Source: Octopus vulgaris
Lineage: Eukaryota
Assembly: GCA_951406725.2 (NCBI GenBank)
Contig: OX597835.1
Coordinates: 40,734,001-40,798,000 of the forward strand
Direction: 5' to 3'
DNA: 64,000 bases
Position numbers and translations under genes: made by a program. This document shows, in pieces, positions 51,555-64,000 of this stretch. The notes below the pieces were generated by a model. The model made no database searches, was not told the origin of the DNA, and saw nothing but the letters and a program-made list of their open reading frames with translations. Position 1 is the stretch's first letter; each line of letters opens with the position of its first letter.

Positions 51555-51838
51555 AAAGCACCATCCAAACGTGGCCGATGCCAGCGCCGTCCTGACTGGC
51601 ACCAATCCGATCGTGGCCGTTGCCAGCCTCGCCTGGCACCTGTACCAGTGGCACGTAAAAAGCACCTACTACACTCACAGAGTGGTTGGCGTTAGGAAGG
51701 GCATCCAGCTGTAGAAACACTGCCAGATCAGAGTGGAGCCTGGTGCAGCCTTCTGGCTTCCCAGATCCCCGGTTGAACCATCCAACCCATGCTAGCATAG
51801 AGAATGGGCGTTAAATGATGATGATGATGATGATGATG
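51555..51838 (+). mobile_element. SINE family C
   Basis: Family motif. Confidence 0.85.
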
Positions 51839-52467
51839 AAATAATAAGATATAGTTCTTTCTTCTAGAGACACAAACCTTTAAATTTTTAGTGGAGTGGG
51901 GGGTTGGTTGATTACATTGACCCCAGTGCTCAACTGGTACTTATTTCATCAACCCCGAAAAGCAAAGTCAACATTGGCGGAATTCGAACACAAAGGCAGA
52001 TAAAATGCTGCTAAGCATTTTGCCAGTGTGCTAATGATTCAGCCAGCTCACTGCCTTAACAACAACACAACAATAATAATGATTATGATAACAATAATGC
52101 CAACAACAAACAACAATAGTAACATTAATAACATCCCTGGACGTAATTGAATAGGGTGATGGTTGTATCTGATCTTAAAGGTATTCTTTGTAAGCCCAAT
52201 GTAATTGATCTCAATGCCATCAGTGTAATAATGAATATAATTTGTTAAGAAAATAATTCTTCCACTTTCTGTGTATTAAACATTTTAGTTGTCAAGATGG
52301 AGGATCTTAAAACGTAAGGTGGCACTGGCATCAACCACATTCAAATAGTCGTTTTTACATGCCTCCGGTACGAGAGCCAGTCAGGTGGCACTAGTATCAA
52401 CCAAACACAAATGATATATTCGGTAATTTCTAAATTTAACTTTATTTTCAAAGATCAAAGAACTTAC

Positions 52468-52547
52468 CTGTTGAGGTTCATCATCATCTAATGAAACAGT
52501 TTCCACATTTTCAAGCTTTTCCATATAACAAGCATTACATCCTGTTC
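52468..52547 (-). CDS. HK: Hexokinase coding exon
   Basis: GTGCNACYMEKLENVE; AG/GT, phases 1/0. Confidence 0.95.
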
Positions 52548-53430
52548 CTGGAAAACACAAAGAAACATTTATTAATAATCGGCATTGACTGTATATCCTT
52601 TTATTCTTTAACAGGTTTCTGGCCATGCTGGAGCACATATCACAAAAAAAAGAGGGTCAAAAGTTGTTCCTAAGCCTTTGGCTCATAAGGCCTGTTTCCC
52701 AGATTCTGTGGCATATAAATTGCACCTCTGGACAGAATGCCAGTCCATCACAGGAAAACTCATTTTCCCCAGCTGAGTGGACTGGAGCAATGTGAAATGA
52801 AGTGTTCTGCTCAAAACACAATGCATCATCCTGTCCAGGAATCGAAACCAGAATCTCACACTCATGAGTGCAACACCCTAACCACTAAGCCATGTGTCTC
52901 CATACATCTATATCAATATATAATTTTTTACCAGTCAGGTGGTGGCTATTTGCTACCTGACTGTTTTATTTCCGTTCACCTGTATCAGAGATGATGAATT
53001 CTCACCCAAGCATGTAACTGGCTGAAAGCATGAGCCCTTGAAATGGCCTGAAAAGGCCAAAATACATTTGGTGCTCTTGCAGGACACAGCTGGGACGAAT
53101 TTTCATTTTAATAATAATAATAATAATAATTGTGTACAGTGCTCAGGTGCACTACAACTCATCTAAAGTGTATATATAATCAGGTGAAGTTTCGGCGGAT
53201 TTCGGAAAGCATGAGGGCCTTAAAAGATGCAGTGTCATGGCAGTCAACAACTGACGCAGGCAGTTTATTCTGAAATTTTGTATTTTAAATACAGAAAGTC
53301 CATAAAAGATGTTATCTAGAAACAAATACTACAACAACTAACCTATCAATCACATGTATATACATAAGATATGATGCATAGATAACTGCTTTAATTACAT
53401 GCTGCCTGAATCCCATCTACTGGATATACA

Positions 53431-53787
53431 CTTTTACTTGTTTCACTCATTTGACTGTGACCATGCTGGAGCACCGCCTTTAGTCGAACAAATCGACCCC
53501 AGGACTTATTCTTTGTAAGCCTAGTACTTATTCTATCGGTCTCTTTTGCCGAACTGCTAAGTTACGGGGACGTAAACACACCAGCATCGGTTGTCAAGCG
53601 ATGTTGGGGGGACAAACACAGACACATAAACATATACATACACATATATATATACATATATACGACAGGCTTCTTTCAGTTTCCATCTACCAAATCCACT
53701 CACAAGGCTTTGGTCAGCCCGAGGCTATAGTAGAAGACACTTGCCCAAGGTGCCATTTGTGGGACTGAACCCGGAACCATGTGGTTC
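53431..53787 (-). mobile_element. SINE family A
   Basis: Family copy, head truncated. Confidence 0.9.
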
Positions 53788-54139
53788 ATATGTATATATA
53801 TATAACTTTATCTGGGGCACTGGTTTGAAGAATGCCTGGTACTTAATTCTATCAGTCTCTTTTATCAAATCGGTAAGTTACAGGGACATAAACAAACCAA
53901 CACTGGTTGTCAAGCAGTCGTGGGACACAAACACAGACACAAAAATATATATGTGTGTGTGCATGTGTGTGTATCTATGTGTATGTATGTATGTGTGTGT
54001 ATGTGTGTGTGTGTGTGTATTTTGCAGTGGGGCGGGGGTTCTTTCAATTTCTGCCAAATCTACTTACAAGACCTTTGTCAGCCTTCAGCTTATAGTACAA
54101 GACAGTTGCCTAAAGTGCTATACATGCACATGTATACAT

Positions 54140-54682
54140 CATCATTCATCATTGTTCGACCATGGTTGAGTCAATGGAATTTACTATGCCATGCCAGACT
54201 TCACGGTCCATCATAGCATTACGGAGGTCCTATTGCTGGATGCCTGTATCCCTGGAGATTACATCAGGGTAGGAGAGTGTGCACCCTCTGGTATCGCGAG
54301 CAGATGGCTTCCAGAGGAGAAGAGTAGAAATTACCTCGTTTTCATCTCTACAACAATGTCCAGCAAACTGGACTCTTTAACTTTTCACAAGAGATGATAC
54401 AGGTGGTAATTTCCCATATATTTGTACTTTGGTTGGATGACGCTTCCATGAGAGATTTTGAGCTCTCATAAGGAGGCGAGTGTAAGTTCCATCCAACCGC
54501 CTCTCAAGCTTCTTTGATAACGTCCAGGTTTCTGAGCCATATAGTAGAACTGGTTCGATTGTGGCTTTGAAGATTTCAAGTTTAAAGTCTCTACTTAGAT
54601 TTGATGACCAGATCTTATGCATATCATTACAGGCTGACCAGGCCATACCCTTTCTAGTTAGAAAATCTTTTTCAGATGATGA
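54140..54682 (-). mobile_element. RTE-type LINE 3' fragment
   Basis: IFKATIEPVLLYGSETWTL motif in ORF 54377-54757. Confidence 0.85.
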
Positions 54683-54958
54683 TATGTATGACCCCCACAC
54701 ACACACACACAGATGTGATGTAACACTCTCACTCACATATTTCACACCTCCACTCACCTTATGTAATGCCTACACTCAAACTCCACTCAAATGTTATATT
54801 TCCAGCTTTCAACAATCTTTACCTCCACCCACACCATTTATTAACACCTCCCCCAAATATTCTGACATAAATTGACAAAAAAATAAAAATAGAAAAGAAA
54901 TCAAATGAAATGCATCAAGAGACTGTTTGTATGTGAAGTTGTGTGCTTCATTACTTAC

Positions 54959-55058
54959 CAAGAATCAAACCAATCTCACATTTTCGGTCAGTGTGAGCAG
55001 CAGACATCAAAGTTCCTACAGCATCATTGATTACAGCCACAACATCAATTTTCACTGG
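54959..55058 (-). CDS. HK: Hexokinase coding exon with catalytic Asp (most 5' exon found in window)
   Basis: [34 protein letters not shown]; AG/GT, phases 0/1. Confidence 0.93.
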
Positions 55059-55193
55059 CTGTAATTAAATAAATAAATGCAAAAATAATATGCGGAATTT
55101 GAACTCAAAACATAGTGATGGACAAAATACTGCTAAGCGTTTCGTCTAGTGTGCTAACGACTCTGCTAGCTCACTATCTTAATAATGATGATG

Positions 55194-55228
<35 letters not shown>

Positions 55229-55465
55229 CCTTTCTATTAAAGGCACAAGGCCTGAATTTTCTGGGGAGTGGGGACAAGTTGATTACATCGACCCCAGTGT
55301 TTCACTGGTACTTAATTTATTGACCCTGAAAGGATGAAAGGCAAAGTCAACTAAGCGGAATTTGAATTCAGAATGTAGTGATGGGGAAACTACTGCTAAG
55401 CATTTTGCCTGGTGTGCTAACGATTCTACCAGCTTGCCACCATAAATAATAATAATAATAATAAT

Positions 55466-56036
55466 GCCCTGATGCAGTTACCAGGCAGTGGCTCTCGCTG
55501 CTTCTGATCTTAATTGATTGGAAGTGTTATCATGTACATTGTTTTGTCTTGGTATAAAAGATGGGCTACAGCAAATATTCTGCTCAATATCACAGATTTG
55601 CTTGTCAGTTGTTTGACCATAACCAGTTGAGCATGTCCCTCAGTGGCTGACGATATGTGCATCTTTGATCACGAGCAGAAGTAGTGGGGGAGCATCATAG
55701 CCATGTGTTGAGAGGGATTCTTTGGGGTTTGAATAATTCACCTCAGGAAATTTGGGTGTTTCGTTCAACATCCTTAAATAACCCTTACTCAGGGACCTTT
55801 TGAGTAGGATGGGTTACTCGACCAGAAGAAAATTCTAACTGGGTCCACCTGCAAGGTCATGTTCTGTTTATCTTGATATGAGATCACCATGTCACACACA
55901 TATGGTTGTGATGCATGTGCCTGGTGTAACCTTATCAGACAGGTAGTCATGATGGGTATACTGGGCTTCGCATATTTTACCCCAGAGTCACTTTGATAGC
56001 ATGCACTGCTCTCTCACTCAATAATAATAATAATAA
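55466..56036 (+). mobile_element. Non-coding retroposon inserted in (TAA)n
   Basis: Flanked by (AAT)n on both sides; 3' part repeated at about 8735-8950. Confidence 0.6.
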
Positions 56037-56859
56037 TCATCATCATTTAACGTCCATTTTCCATACTAGCATGGGTTGGACGGTTCGACCGGGGTCGGTA
56101 AGCCATGGAGGCTGCACCAGACTCTAGTCTAGTTTGGCAGTGTTTCTACAGCTGGATGCCCTTCCTAATGCCAACCACTCCAAGAGTGTAGTGGGTGTCT
56201 TTTACGTACCACTAACACAGGGACCAGAGGAGGCTGGCAAACGGCCATGATCGGATGGTGTTTTTATGTAGGCACAGGGTCAAATACAAACACTCTGGAA
56301 AGTGGTTGGCATTAGGAAGGGCATCCAGCTGTAAAAGCCATGTCAAAGCAGACTGAGATTGGTGCTGTCCTCTGGTTTACCAGTTCCTGACAAACTGTCC
56401 AACCCATGCCAGCATGGAGAAGAGATGTTAAATGATGATGATGATGACGATGAAATAAATACATATTTGATTATCCTACCAAACCTAGATCATGTTTCCA
56501 GAAGCTGTAAGTGCATAAAATGATGCACACACACACACACACAGACGTCACCCTCATCAGTGGGTAACAGAAAGGTTATTTAGATAAAGTTACTGATTGT
56601 CTACGTACTGCCATGTCACAAACTAGAACCAGCAAACACAATCAACAGTCAAAAAGTCATTAGTTTTGGAAAAACAACCTCCTTTTTTTTAATGCAAAAC
56701 TACGTAGTAAAAGAGATCAACCTTTGGAAATTTAAAGAAAAAAAAACATAACGAACTTCTGAAACGAGCATTTATAGTAATGACAGATTTAAATAGATTT
56801 CAGATATAATGATAGTATTTACCTCTAATAACGCATCATTACCTGCTATCTCTTTCACT

Positions 56860-57250
56860 CTATATCTATCTGTCTGTGTGTCTCTATCTACATGTGTATG
56901 TATGTATATATGTATCTATCTATCTATCTATGTATCCATCTATCTATCTATCTATATCTACGTATCTATCTATCTATCTATCTCTATGTAGTTATCTATC
57001 TATCTAATTATCTATATCTATGTATCTATCTAATTATCTATCTATGTATCTATCTATCTCTATGTATGTATGTATGTATGTATCTATCTATCTATATGTA
57101 TCTATCTATCTATCTATCTCTATGTATCTATCTATCTATATCTACGTATCTATCTATCTATCTCTATCTATCTATCAATCTAGCTATTTGGCTATCTCTC
57201 CCTATCTCTTCCTCCACCTCTCTACCTACCTATCGGTCAATCTATCTATC
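56860..57250. repeat. (TATC/TATG)n microsatellite
   Basis: Directly visible. Confidence 0.95.
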
Positions 57251-57595
57251 TTTAAATGCATACATATGCGTTTCAAAAATGAAAGAAATCTAGAGTGCAA
57301 GAGATCACCTTATTCTCCTGTGTTTGAGATATCCTTCCTTTCTAAAACATCAACTTTAGCACTTCAACATTTGTTTATAAAAATACTCTCTCTATCTTTC
57401 TCTCTCACACACAAAAGTGGTGAACTGGCAGAGTCCTGTAAACATTTGAAAGAATTCTTTGTGACATTTGTTCTGACCTCAGTGTAGAGGTCAACTTTGT
57501 CTTTCATCATTTCATAAATATAAAACCAACAGAGGGTGGGTGGAATTGGTGAGGTTGTTAGTGTCAGACTGGACATCTTGTGGTATCTGCTCTAA

Positions 57596-58000
57596 TGCAG
57601 GAGTGGCTGTGTGGTAAGTAGCTTGCTTATGATCCACATGGTTCCGGGTTCAGTCCCACTGCATGGCACTTTGGGCAAGTGTCTTCTACTATAGCCTTGC
57701 ACCAACCAAAGCCTTGTGAGTGGATTTGGTAGACGGAAACTGAAAGAAGCCTGTCGTATATTTGTATATATATATATATGTATGTGTGTGTATATGTTTG
57801 TGTGTCTGTGTTTGTCCCCCCAGCATTGCTTGACAACCGATGCTGGTGTGTTTACGTCCCCGTCACTTAGCGGTTCGGCAAAAGAGACCAATAGAATAAG
57901 TACTGGGCTTACAAAGAATAAGTCCTGGGGTCGATTTGCTCGACTAAAGGCGGTGCTCCTGCATGGCCGCAGTCAAATGACTGAAACAAGTAAAAGAGTA
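57596..58000 (+). mobile_element. SINE family A
   Basis: Near full-length copy. Confidence 0.9.
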
Positions 58001-58650
58001 ACTGTGCGTCCATGGTTCAAATCTCACTATATACCATTAGAAAAAGATAAACAGTAACACTTTTATCAGGAATCGCAACCAAGAAATAGTATCAGATGGT
58101 ATTGATGTCTTGCAAACAACTTGCATATGCAAGTGCTACCAGTCGAGAACTCCGCATACCGGAAGCCAGCAAGTGTATGGGGTCATCAAGAGAGAATGCG
58201 CGCCGTTTCAGGGCCTACCTCTCGACAGCATCAATGTGTACTGGGCCCCCCTCACTGATATGAGGCCCCACTTGCTAGATCAGCTGGTTATCAAATAAAG
58301 CTCAATATTAATGGAAACATGTTTCGCTTATGTACACCATTTACATTAGTTGGACTAGAGCCCTCATCTTGGCTGTTATTTTCACTGTTTTGGCTGTGTA
58401 TGCTCCAGCCTTCTTCAGGTGTTTTGTGATTCACCTTGTGATGCTTGGCCGGGGATTGAACTCAGAAGCTCTAGGTGACTGCACTGCATTAACCAATGCC
58501 TTTATCCACTATGCTATGCCTGTAAGCAGTGACAGAGAGAATTTTTAAGGCTTACAAAACTTTCAATGAGGTCTCAACGTTGGCATCTCAGAAATACAGA
58601 ATTATATTATTTCCCTTAGGAATTTCTAGGGATTTCACTATAATACACAT

Positions 58651-58700
<50 letters not shown>

Positions 58701-59056
58701 CTAATTCCTGTGCCCTGATTCACTCCTATTCATTTCGTACCTTGAGGTGCCACCTCCACCCTCTATCATACTCGGACACCTCTTCTCCTAGCATAAACCT
58801 GACCCCTACTCCTTGGGGTTTGTAGTCATGAATGTTGCATGGTAACAGCACTGATGCTGGTGGTGTGAAAAAGCAGCCCAATATAACGCTACGTTATAAA
58901 GTGGTTGGCATTAAGAAGGTATCCAGCCCTGGAAACCATACCAAAGCAGACCTCACTGGAGTGCAATGCAGTTCTTGGGTCAATTGTATCTCGTCAAACT
59001 GGCCAAACCAGAACATGGACACTAAATAATGACGACAACAATCATCATCATCACCA

Positions 59057-59505
59057 TGGTGTTGGTTGCAGTGGTAGTGGTGGGTATCGTGGTAGAGTTG
59101 GGGATGGTGGTAGTAGTAGGGATGGCAGTAGTGGTGGTGATGGTGGTGGGGATGGTGGTAGTGGTGGGGATGGTGGTTGAGTTGTGGATGGTGGTAGTGG
59201 TGGTGATGGTGGTAGTGGTGGGGTATGGCAGTAGTGGTGGTGATGGTGGTTGAGTTGTGGATGGTGGTAGTGGTGGTGATGGCGGTAGTGGTGATGGTGG
59301 TAGTGGTGTGGATGGTGGTTGAGTTGGAGATGGTGGTAGTAGTAGGGATGGCAGTAGTGGTGGTGATGGTGGTAGTGTGGTGATGGTGGTGGGGATGGTG
59401 GTAGTGGTGGGGATGGTGGTAGTGGTGGGGGTAGAGTTGGGGATGGTGGTAGAGTTGGGGATGGCAGTAGTGGTGGTGGTGGTGGTAGTGATGACAGTGG
59501 TGGCA
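59057..59505. repeat. G-rich (GGT/GAT/AGT)n repeat with higher-order units
   Basis: Directly visible. Confidence 0.9.
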
Positions 59506-60433
59506 ATAATAATAATGACTATGACAATATACTAAGAAAGAAACTGAACAGATTATAAAACAAAGCAATAAAACTAAAGCTTTACTAAAACAACCACTTG
59601 AGAGATTGTGGAAAGTCCTAAATAAGTGAACTAGTTCTTTTTTTTTAATTACACTTTATCACAGAGACTGGTGAGCAGGTGCGTGTTTATGTGTGTTGAA
59701 CATCTGTGTTAGCATGTGAGAGAGTGAATGCTTGTGTATATGTGTTTGTGTTTATGTGTGTGTGTGTTAATGTGTATGAGAGTGAACATGAGTGTGTATG
59801 TGTGTTTGTGTAAGCATGTGTTTATAAGTCTGTGTGGTCAAAAACCAGGCCGTGATCATATCAAATACAGGTCACCGTTAACCATTAGATGGTTAAAAAC
59901 CTACAAAAATAGCAGCCAAACCCTCCCTCAGATCCACACTAACCTGCCTTAAAAATGGGACATATTACATTCAAAGAGAAAGTCTTAAATGGAATGATCA
60001 TGTCTAGAAAGTTCTACTCAGTTGGGTCTGACCATGGGCTAAACCACTACAACTATAATAGTATGAGTCAACATTAAATAGCAGTCAAATCTCCCTCAAA
60101 CTGTAGCCTACTGCCAGGGTGGGGATACCCCTGCCCACAGGTGCTATTGTACCTGCAAGTCCATTTTATTGCACCCACAGGCTGGTATATTCGTTTGTAC
60201 AAAATATAATTAATTTTTCAATTATAAAATTTATACAATATTCATATGCCTCTTTGCAACGTAGGTTGCATTTCCACTACGACTTAAAATGGTTAGACTT
60301 GAACAGAAAATCGTCTGGCAATTGCTATTTGAATGGAAATTTTGCTTTCCTTATAAAACACATATTGCTAAGTTTGTACCACCCCCTTCAGACCCAACTA
60401 CATTCTACCTGGAAAATATGGAATATCGCATAA

Positions 60434-60847
60434 GGCGCAGGAGTGGCTGTGTGGTAAGTAGCTTGCTAACCAATCACATGGTTCCGGGTTCAATCCCACT
60501 GTGTGGCATCTTGGGCGAGTGTCTTCTGCTATAGCCTCAAGCCGACCAATGCCTTGTGAGTGGATTTGGTAGATGGAAACTGAAAGAAGCCTGTTGTATA
60601 TATGTATATATATATATATATGTGTGTGTATGTGTTTGTGTGTCTATGTTTGTCCCCCTAGCATTGCTTGATAACCGATGCTGGTATGTTTACGTCTCCG
60701 TCACTTAGTGGTTCGGCAAAAGAGACCGATAGAATAAGTACTGGGCTTACAAAGAATAAGTCCCGGGGTCGATTTGCTCGACTAAAGGCGGTGCTCCAGC
60801 ATGGCCGCAGTCAAATGACTGAAACAAGTAAAAGAGTAAAAGAGTAT
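60434..60847 (+). mobile_element. SINE family A
   Basis: Full-length copy. Confidence 0.9.
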
Positions 60848-60979
60848 AAGTAATATAAATGTCCTAAATTCAGTGGTGGTTTTAATGAAGATGTTATGCG
60901 TTAAGTTAATGAGTTAAACTTATCTTTATTAATGTAGATCTAATTATACATACATATATACAAGATTTACACAGATATA

Positions 60980-61862
60980 TATTTCTTTACTACCCATAAA
61001 GGGCTAAACACAGAGGGGACAAACAAGGACAGACAAACGGATTAAGTCGGTTACATCGACCCCAGTGAACTGGTACTTAATTTATCAACCCCGAATGGAT
61101 GAAAGGCAAAGTCAACCTCGGCGGAATTTGAACTCAAAACGTAACGGCAGACAAAACACCACTAAGTGGTTGATGTTAGGAAGGGCTTTCAGCTATAGAA
61201 ACCATACTAAAGCAGACATTGTAGCTTAGTGCAGTTTGTTGGACCCTGTTAAACCATCCCACCCATGCCAGCATGGAAAATGGACATTAAATGATGATGA
61301 TGATGGATGATGATGATGATAATACCTGTCAAAAAGACATGATGCTCATATTTGGAATGCTTTTGTATCCAAATTGACTCATTCAGAGCTGACCAAAGAC
61401 CAAACAACAACAATTCGAACCCTTATTTCTTCTCCCTATTATACCTATTTCTTTACTACCCACAAGGGGCTAAACACAGAGAGAACAACAAACAAGGATG
61501 GACAAACGGATTAAGTCGATCATATTGACCCCAGCGCGTAACTGGTACATATTTAATCGACCCCGAAAGGATGAAAGGCAAAGTCGACCTTGGCGGAATT
61601 TGAACTCAGAACGTAACGGCAGACGAAATGCTTTTTCTTTACTACCCACAAGGGGCTAAACACAGAGGGGATAAACAAGGACAGACAAAGGGATTAAGTT
61701 GATTATATCAACCCCAGTGCGTAACTGGTACTTAATTTATCGACCCCGAAAGGATGAAAGGCAAAGTCGACCTTGGCAGAATTTGAACTCAGAACGTAGC
61801 GGCGAACAAAATACTGCTAAGCATTTCGCCCGGCATGCTAACGATTCTGCCAGCTCGCTGCT
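60980..61862 (-). mobile_element. Cluster of three SINE family B copies plus a family C fragment
   Basis: Family motif at 60980-61165, 61445-61630 and 61632-61862. Confidence 0.8.
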
Positions 61863-62577
61863 TTCTTCTCCCTATCATATCATTGAATTGTTTTTCGGTT
61901 GATTTTCTTTTTCCTGTTTGTTTCAGATTTTCAATTATCACAAGAATCTATAAATAGCATTTTTATATATTTTATTTGTTTATATATTTATCTAGTTATC
62001 TATTTACTCATTAACTTTTAATACTTATTTATCTAAAAATAACTACAAAAACATCCCTACCAAACATAATGTATGTGTTAATCAGCAACCTTTGATCCAG
62101 AAATGCTAGAATCATTTCATTTCAGTCATCAGTTTACCATTTTTGCTTTTAAATATCAATTTGGACTCAGGTGGCAAACCGATAGAATTGCTAATATCTT
62201 GGACAAAATGTTCAACAACGTTTCGTATGTTTTTACATTCTGAGTTCAAATTCCACCAATGTCAACTTTGCCTTTCATCCTTCCAGGGTAAATAAAACAA
62301 ATACAATTTGTAAACTGGGGTCATTGTAATCGACTTACCCACCTCCCCTGAGCTTGCTGGCCTTGTGCTAAAACTTGAAACTAATATTAATTTGGATTGT
62401 ACTTTATTCTGTTTTGTCTTCATTTTCTTAAACTCCAGCATTCCATCGTACCCTAATTACCATCCAATTCGTTAAACCCATTTCTTAAACTCCTCTCTCT
62501 TCCCCACCTTCGGTCTTTATCTCTTCCTTTCGCTGCCCCCTCTCTCGCTCTCTGAGCTTTAGACTCTCTCTTTTTCA

Positions 62578-62985
62578 CTCTCTTTTTACTTGTTTTAGGC
62601 ATTTGATTGCGGCCATGCTGGAGCACCACTTTTAGTTGAGCAAATCGACCCCCAAGACTTATTCTTTGTAAGCCTAGTACTTACTCTATCAGTCTCTTTT
62701 GCTGAACCGCTAAGTTACGGGGATGTAAACACACCAGCATCGGTTGTCAAGCGATGTTGGGGGAACAAACACATACACACACACATATAAATATATATAT
62801 ATATATACACACACATATATATGATGGGCTTCTTTCAGTTTCCGTCTACCAAATCCACTCACAAAGCTTTGGTCAGCCCGAGGCTATAGTAGAAGACACT
62901 TGCTCAAGGTGCCACGCAGTGGGACTAAACCCAGAACCATGTGGCTTGTAAGCAAGCTACTTACCACACAGCCACTCCTGGCGCC
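62578..62985 (-). mobile_element. SINE family A
   Basis: Full-length copy. Confidence 0.9.
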
Positions 62986-63302
62986 TACATTATAAATTTT
63001 TCCACAAGAATATTTCTAATGAAATACAATGTTTCCATGTTTCAAAGTTCGAAAATAGTGAAAAAAAAAAATCATCACCATCACCATCATCATTTAACAT
63101 CTACTTTTTCATGTTTGCATGGGCTGAATGAAAGTTATTTCAGCAGATTTTTCTATGGCTGGATGCCCTTCCTCTCACCAACTCTTGCATGCCACCAAAT
63201 AAAGTAATGTTTTCCCCATGACCAAACATGTCTTTTAAATAATACATGTAACTTCTACTAAATGTTTAGAGTGCTTTTTTCTTTCATTTTTCCATTCACT
63301 TC

Positions 63303-63339
<37 letters not shown>

Positions 63340-64000
63340 AAATGCACATACACACACATACACAAAGGGCTTCTTTCAGTTTCTGTCTACTAAATCCAAT
63401 CACAAGGCTGGAGTTATAGTAGAAGAAACTTGCCCAAGATGCTATATGGTGGAACTGGAGCAACAGCCACGGGTCATAGGATTTAGTAAAAATAACAAAA
63501 TTATTCATTAATCTGATGCCGGAAACATAATTGAACCGTAACTGAACAAAAGGTTCTTACGTAAGTAAAATCATGGTTTAAGGGCTTTTCTTTCTTTTAA
63601 ATATGAGTGTGAAAACTATGAAGTCGGTAGTTTGGGATCATTCAAACCGGAATAGTCTCAAGACATAATGGTACCAACCGGTGAAAAGTGCACCATGTCG
63701 AATGTTACAATAATCCTTTCTACTATAGGCACAAGGTCTAACTGTGCTTCCTTGATTCAAATCTCACTATATACCATTAGAAAAAGATAAACAGTTACAC
63801 TTTTATTAGGAATCACAACCAAGAAATAGTATCAGATGGTATTGATGTCTTGCAAACAACTTGCCCATGCAAGTGCTACCAGTCGAGAACTCCGCATACT
63901 GGAAGCCAGCAAGTGTATGGGGTCATCAGGAGAGAATGCGTACCATTTCGGGGCCTACCTCTCGACGGCATCAATGCTCACCAACCCCCGGCCACGGATA

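Noticed and set aside
57308-57340. Possible 33-nt hexokinase exon (AG...GT)
   Set aside because: No similarity to the expected WTKGF...DVV segment; upstream exons are probably outside the window
58894-59568. His/Thr/Pro-rich extensin-like ORFs
   Set aside because: Trinucleotide repeat; no splice or codon evidence
60434-60510. tRNA gene calls for SINE A heads
   Set aside because: A/B boxes present but continuous with the SINE body and no proper acceptor stem
63915-63960. Type II hammerhead (GAAA...CTGATGA on minus)
   Set aside because: No helix I can form and the helix II strands do not pair

Overview
Eukaryotic, AT-rich window dense in microsatellites and SINEs. The repeat families look like those of an octopus-type cephalopod (inference, no database search). 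Two protein-coding genes are well supported and convergent. (1) A complete two-coding-exon BRF2 (TFIIB-related Pol III factor, + strand, 23569-23733 joined to 26427-27404, 380 aa). (2) The last seven coding exons of a hexokinase (- strand, 55058 down to 39605, 291 aa in window, all GT-AG and in phase); its 5' exons were not found and probably lie beyond 64000. The rest is three abundant SINE families, several MITE families (TTAGGG-containing, piggyBac-, mariner-, hAT-type), LINE relics (CR1, RTE, R4/Dong-like, HERO-like), a Helentron-like element and simple repeats; nearly all long ORFs in the track are microsatellite artefacts. Most interesting: about nine minimal hammerhead-ribozyme-like motifs from several families, some in long fold-back hairpins; Ile in place of the redox-sensor Cys in the BRF2 LPPC motif; a pre-miRNA-like hairpin; an A:C-mismatch-rich hairpin in the inferred hexokinase 3'UTR; and recurrent locally templated insertions into SINEs. 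Repeat boundaries are approximate and were read by eye.
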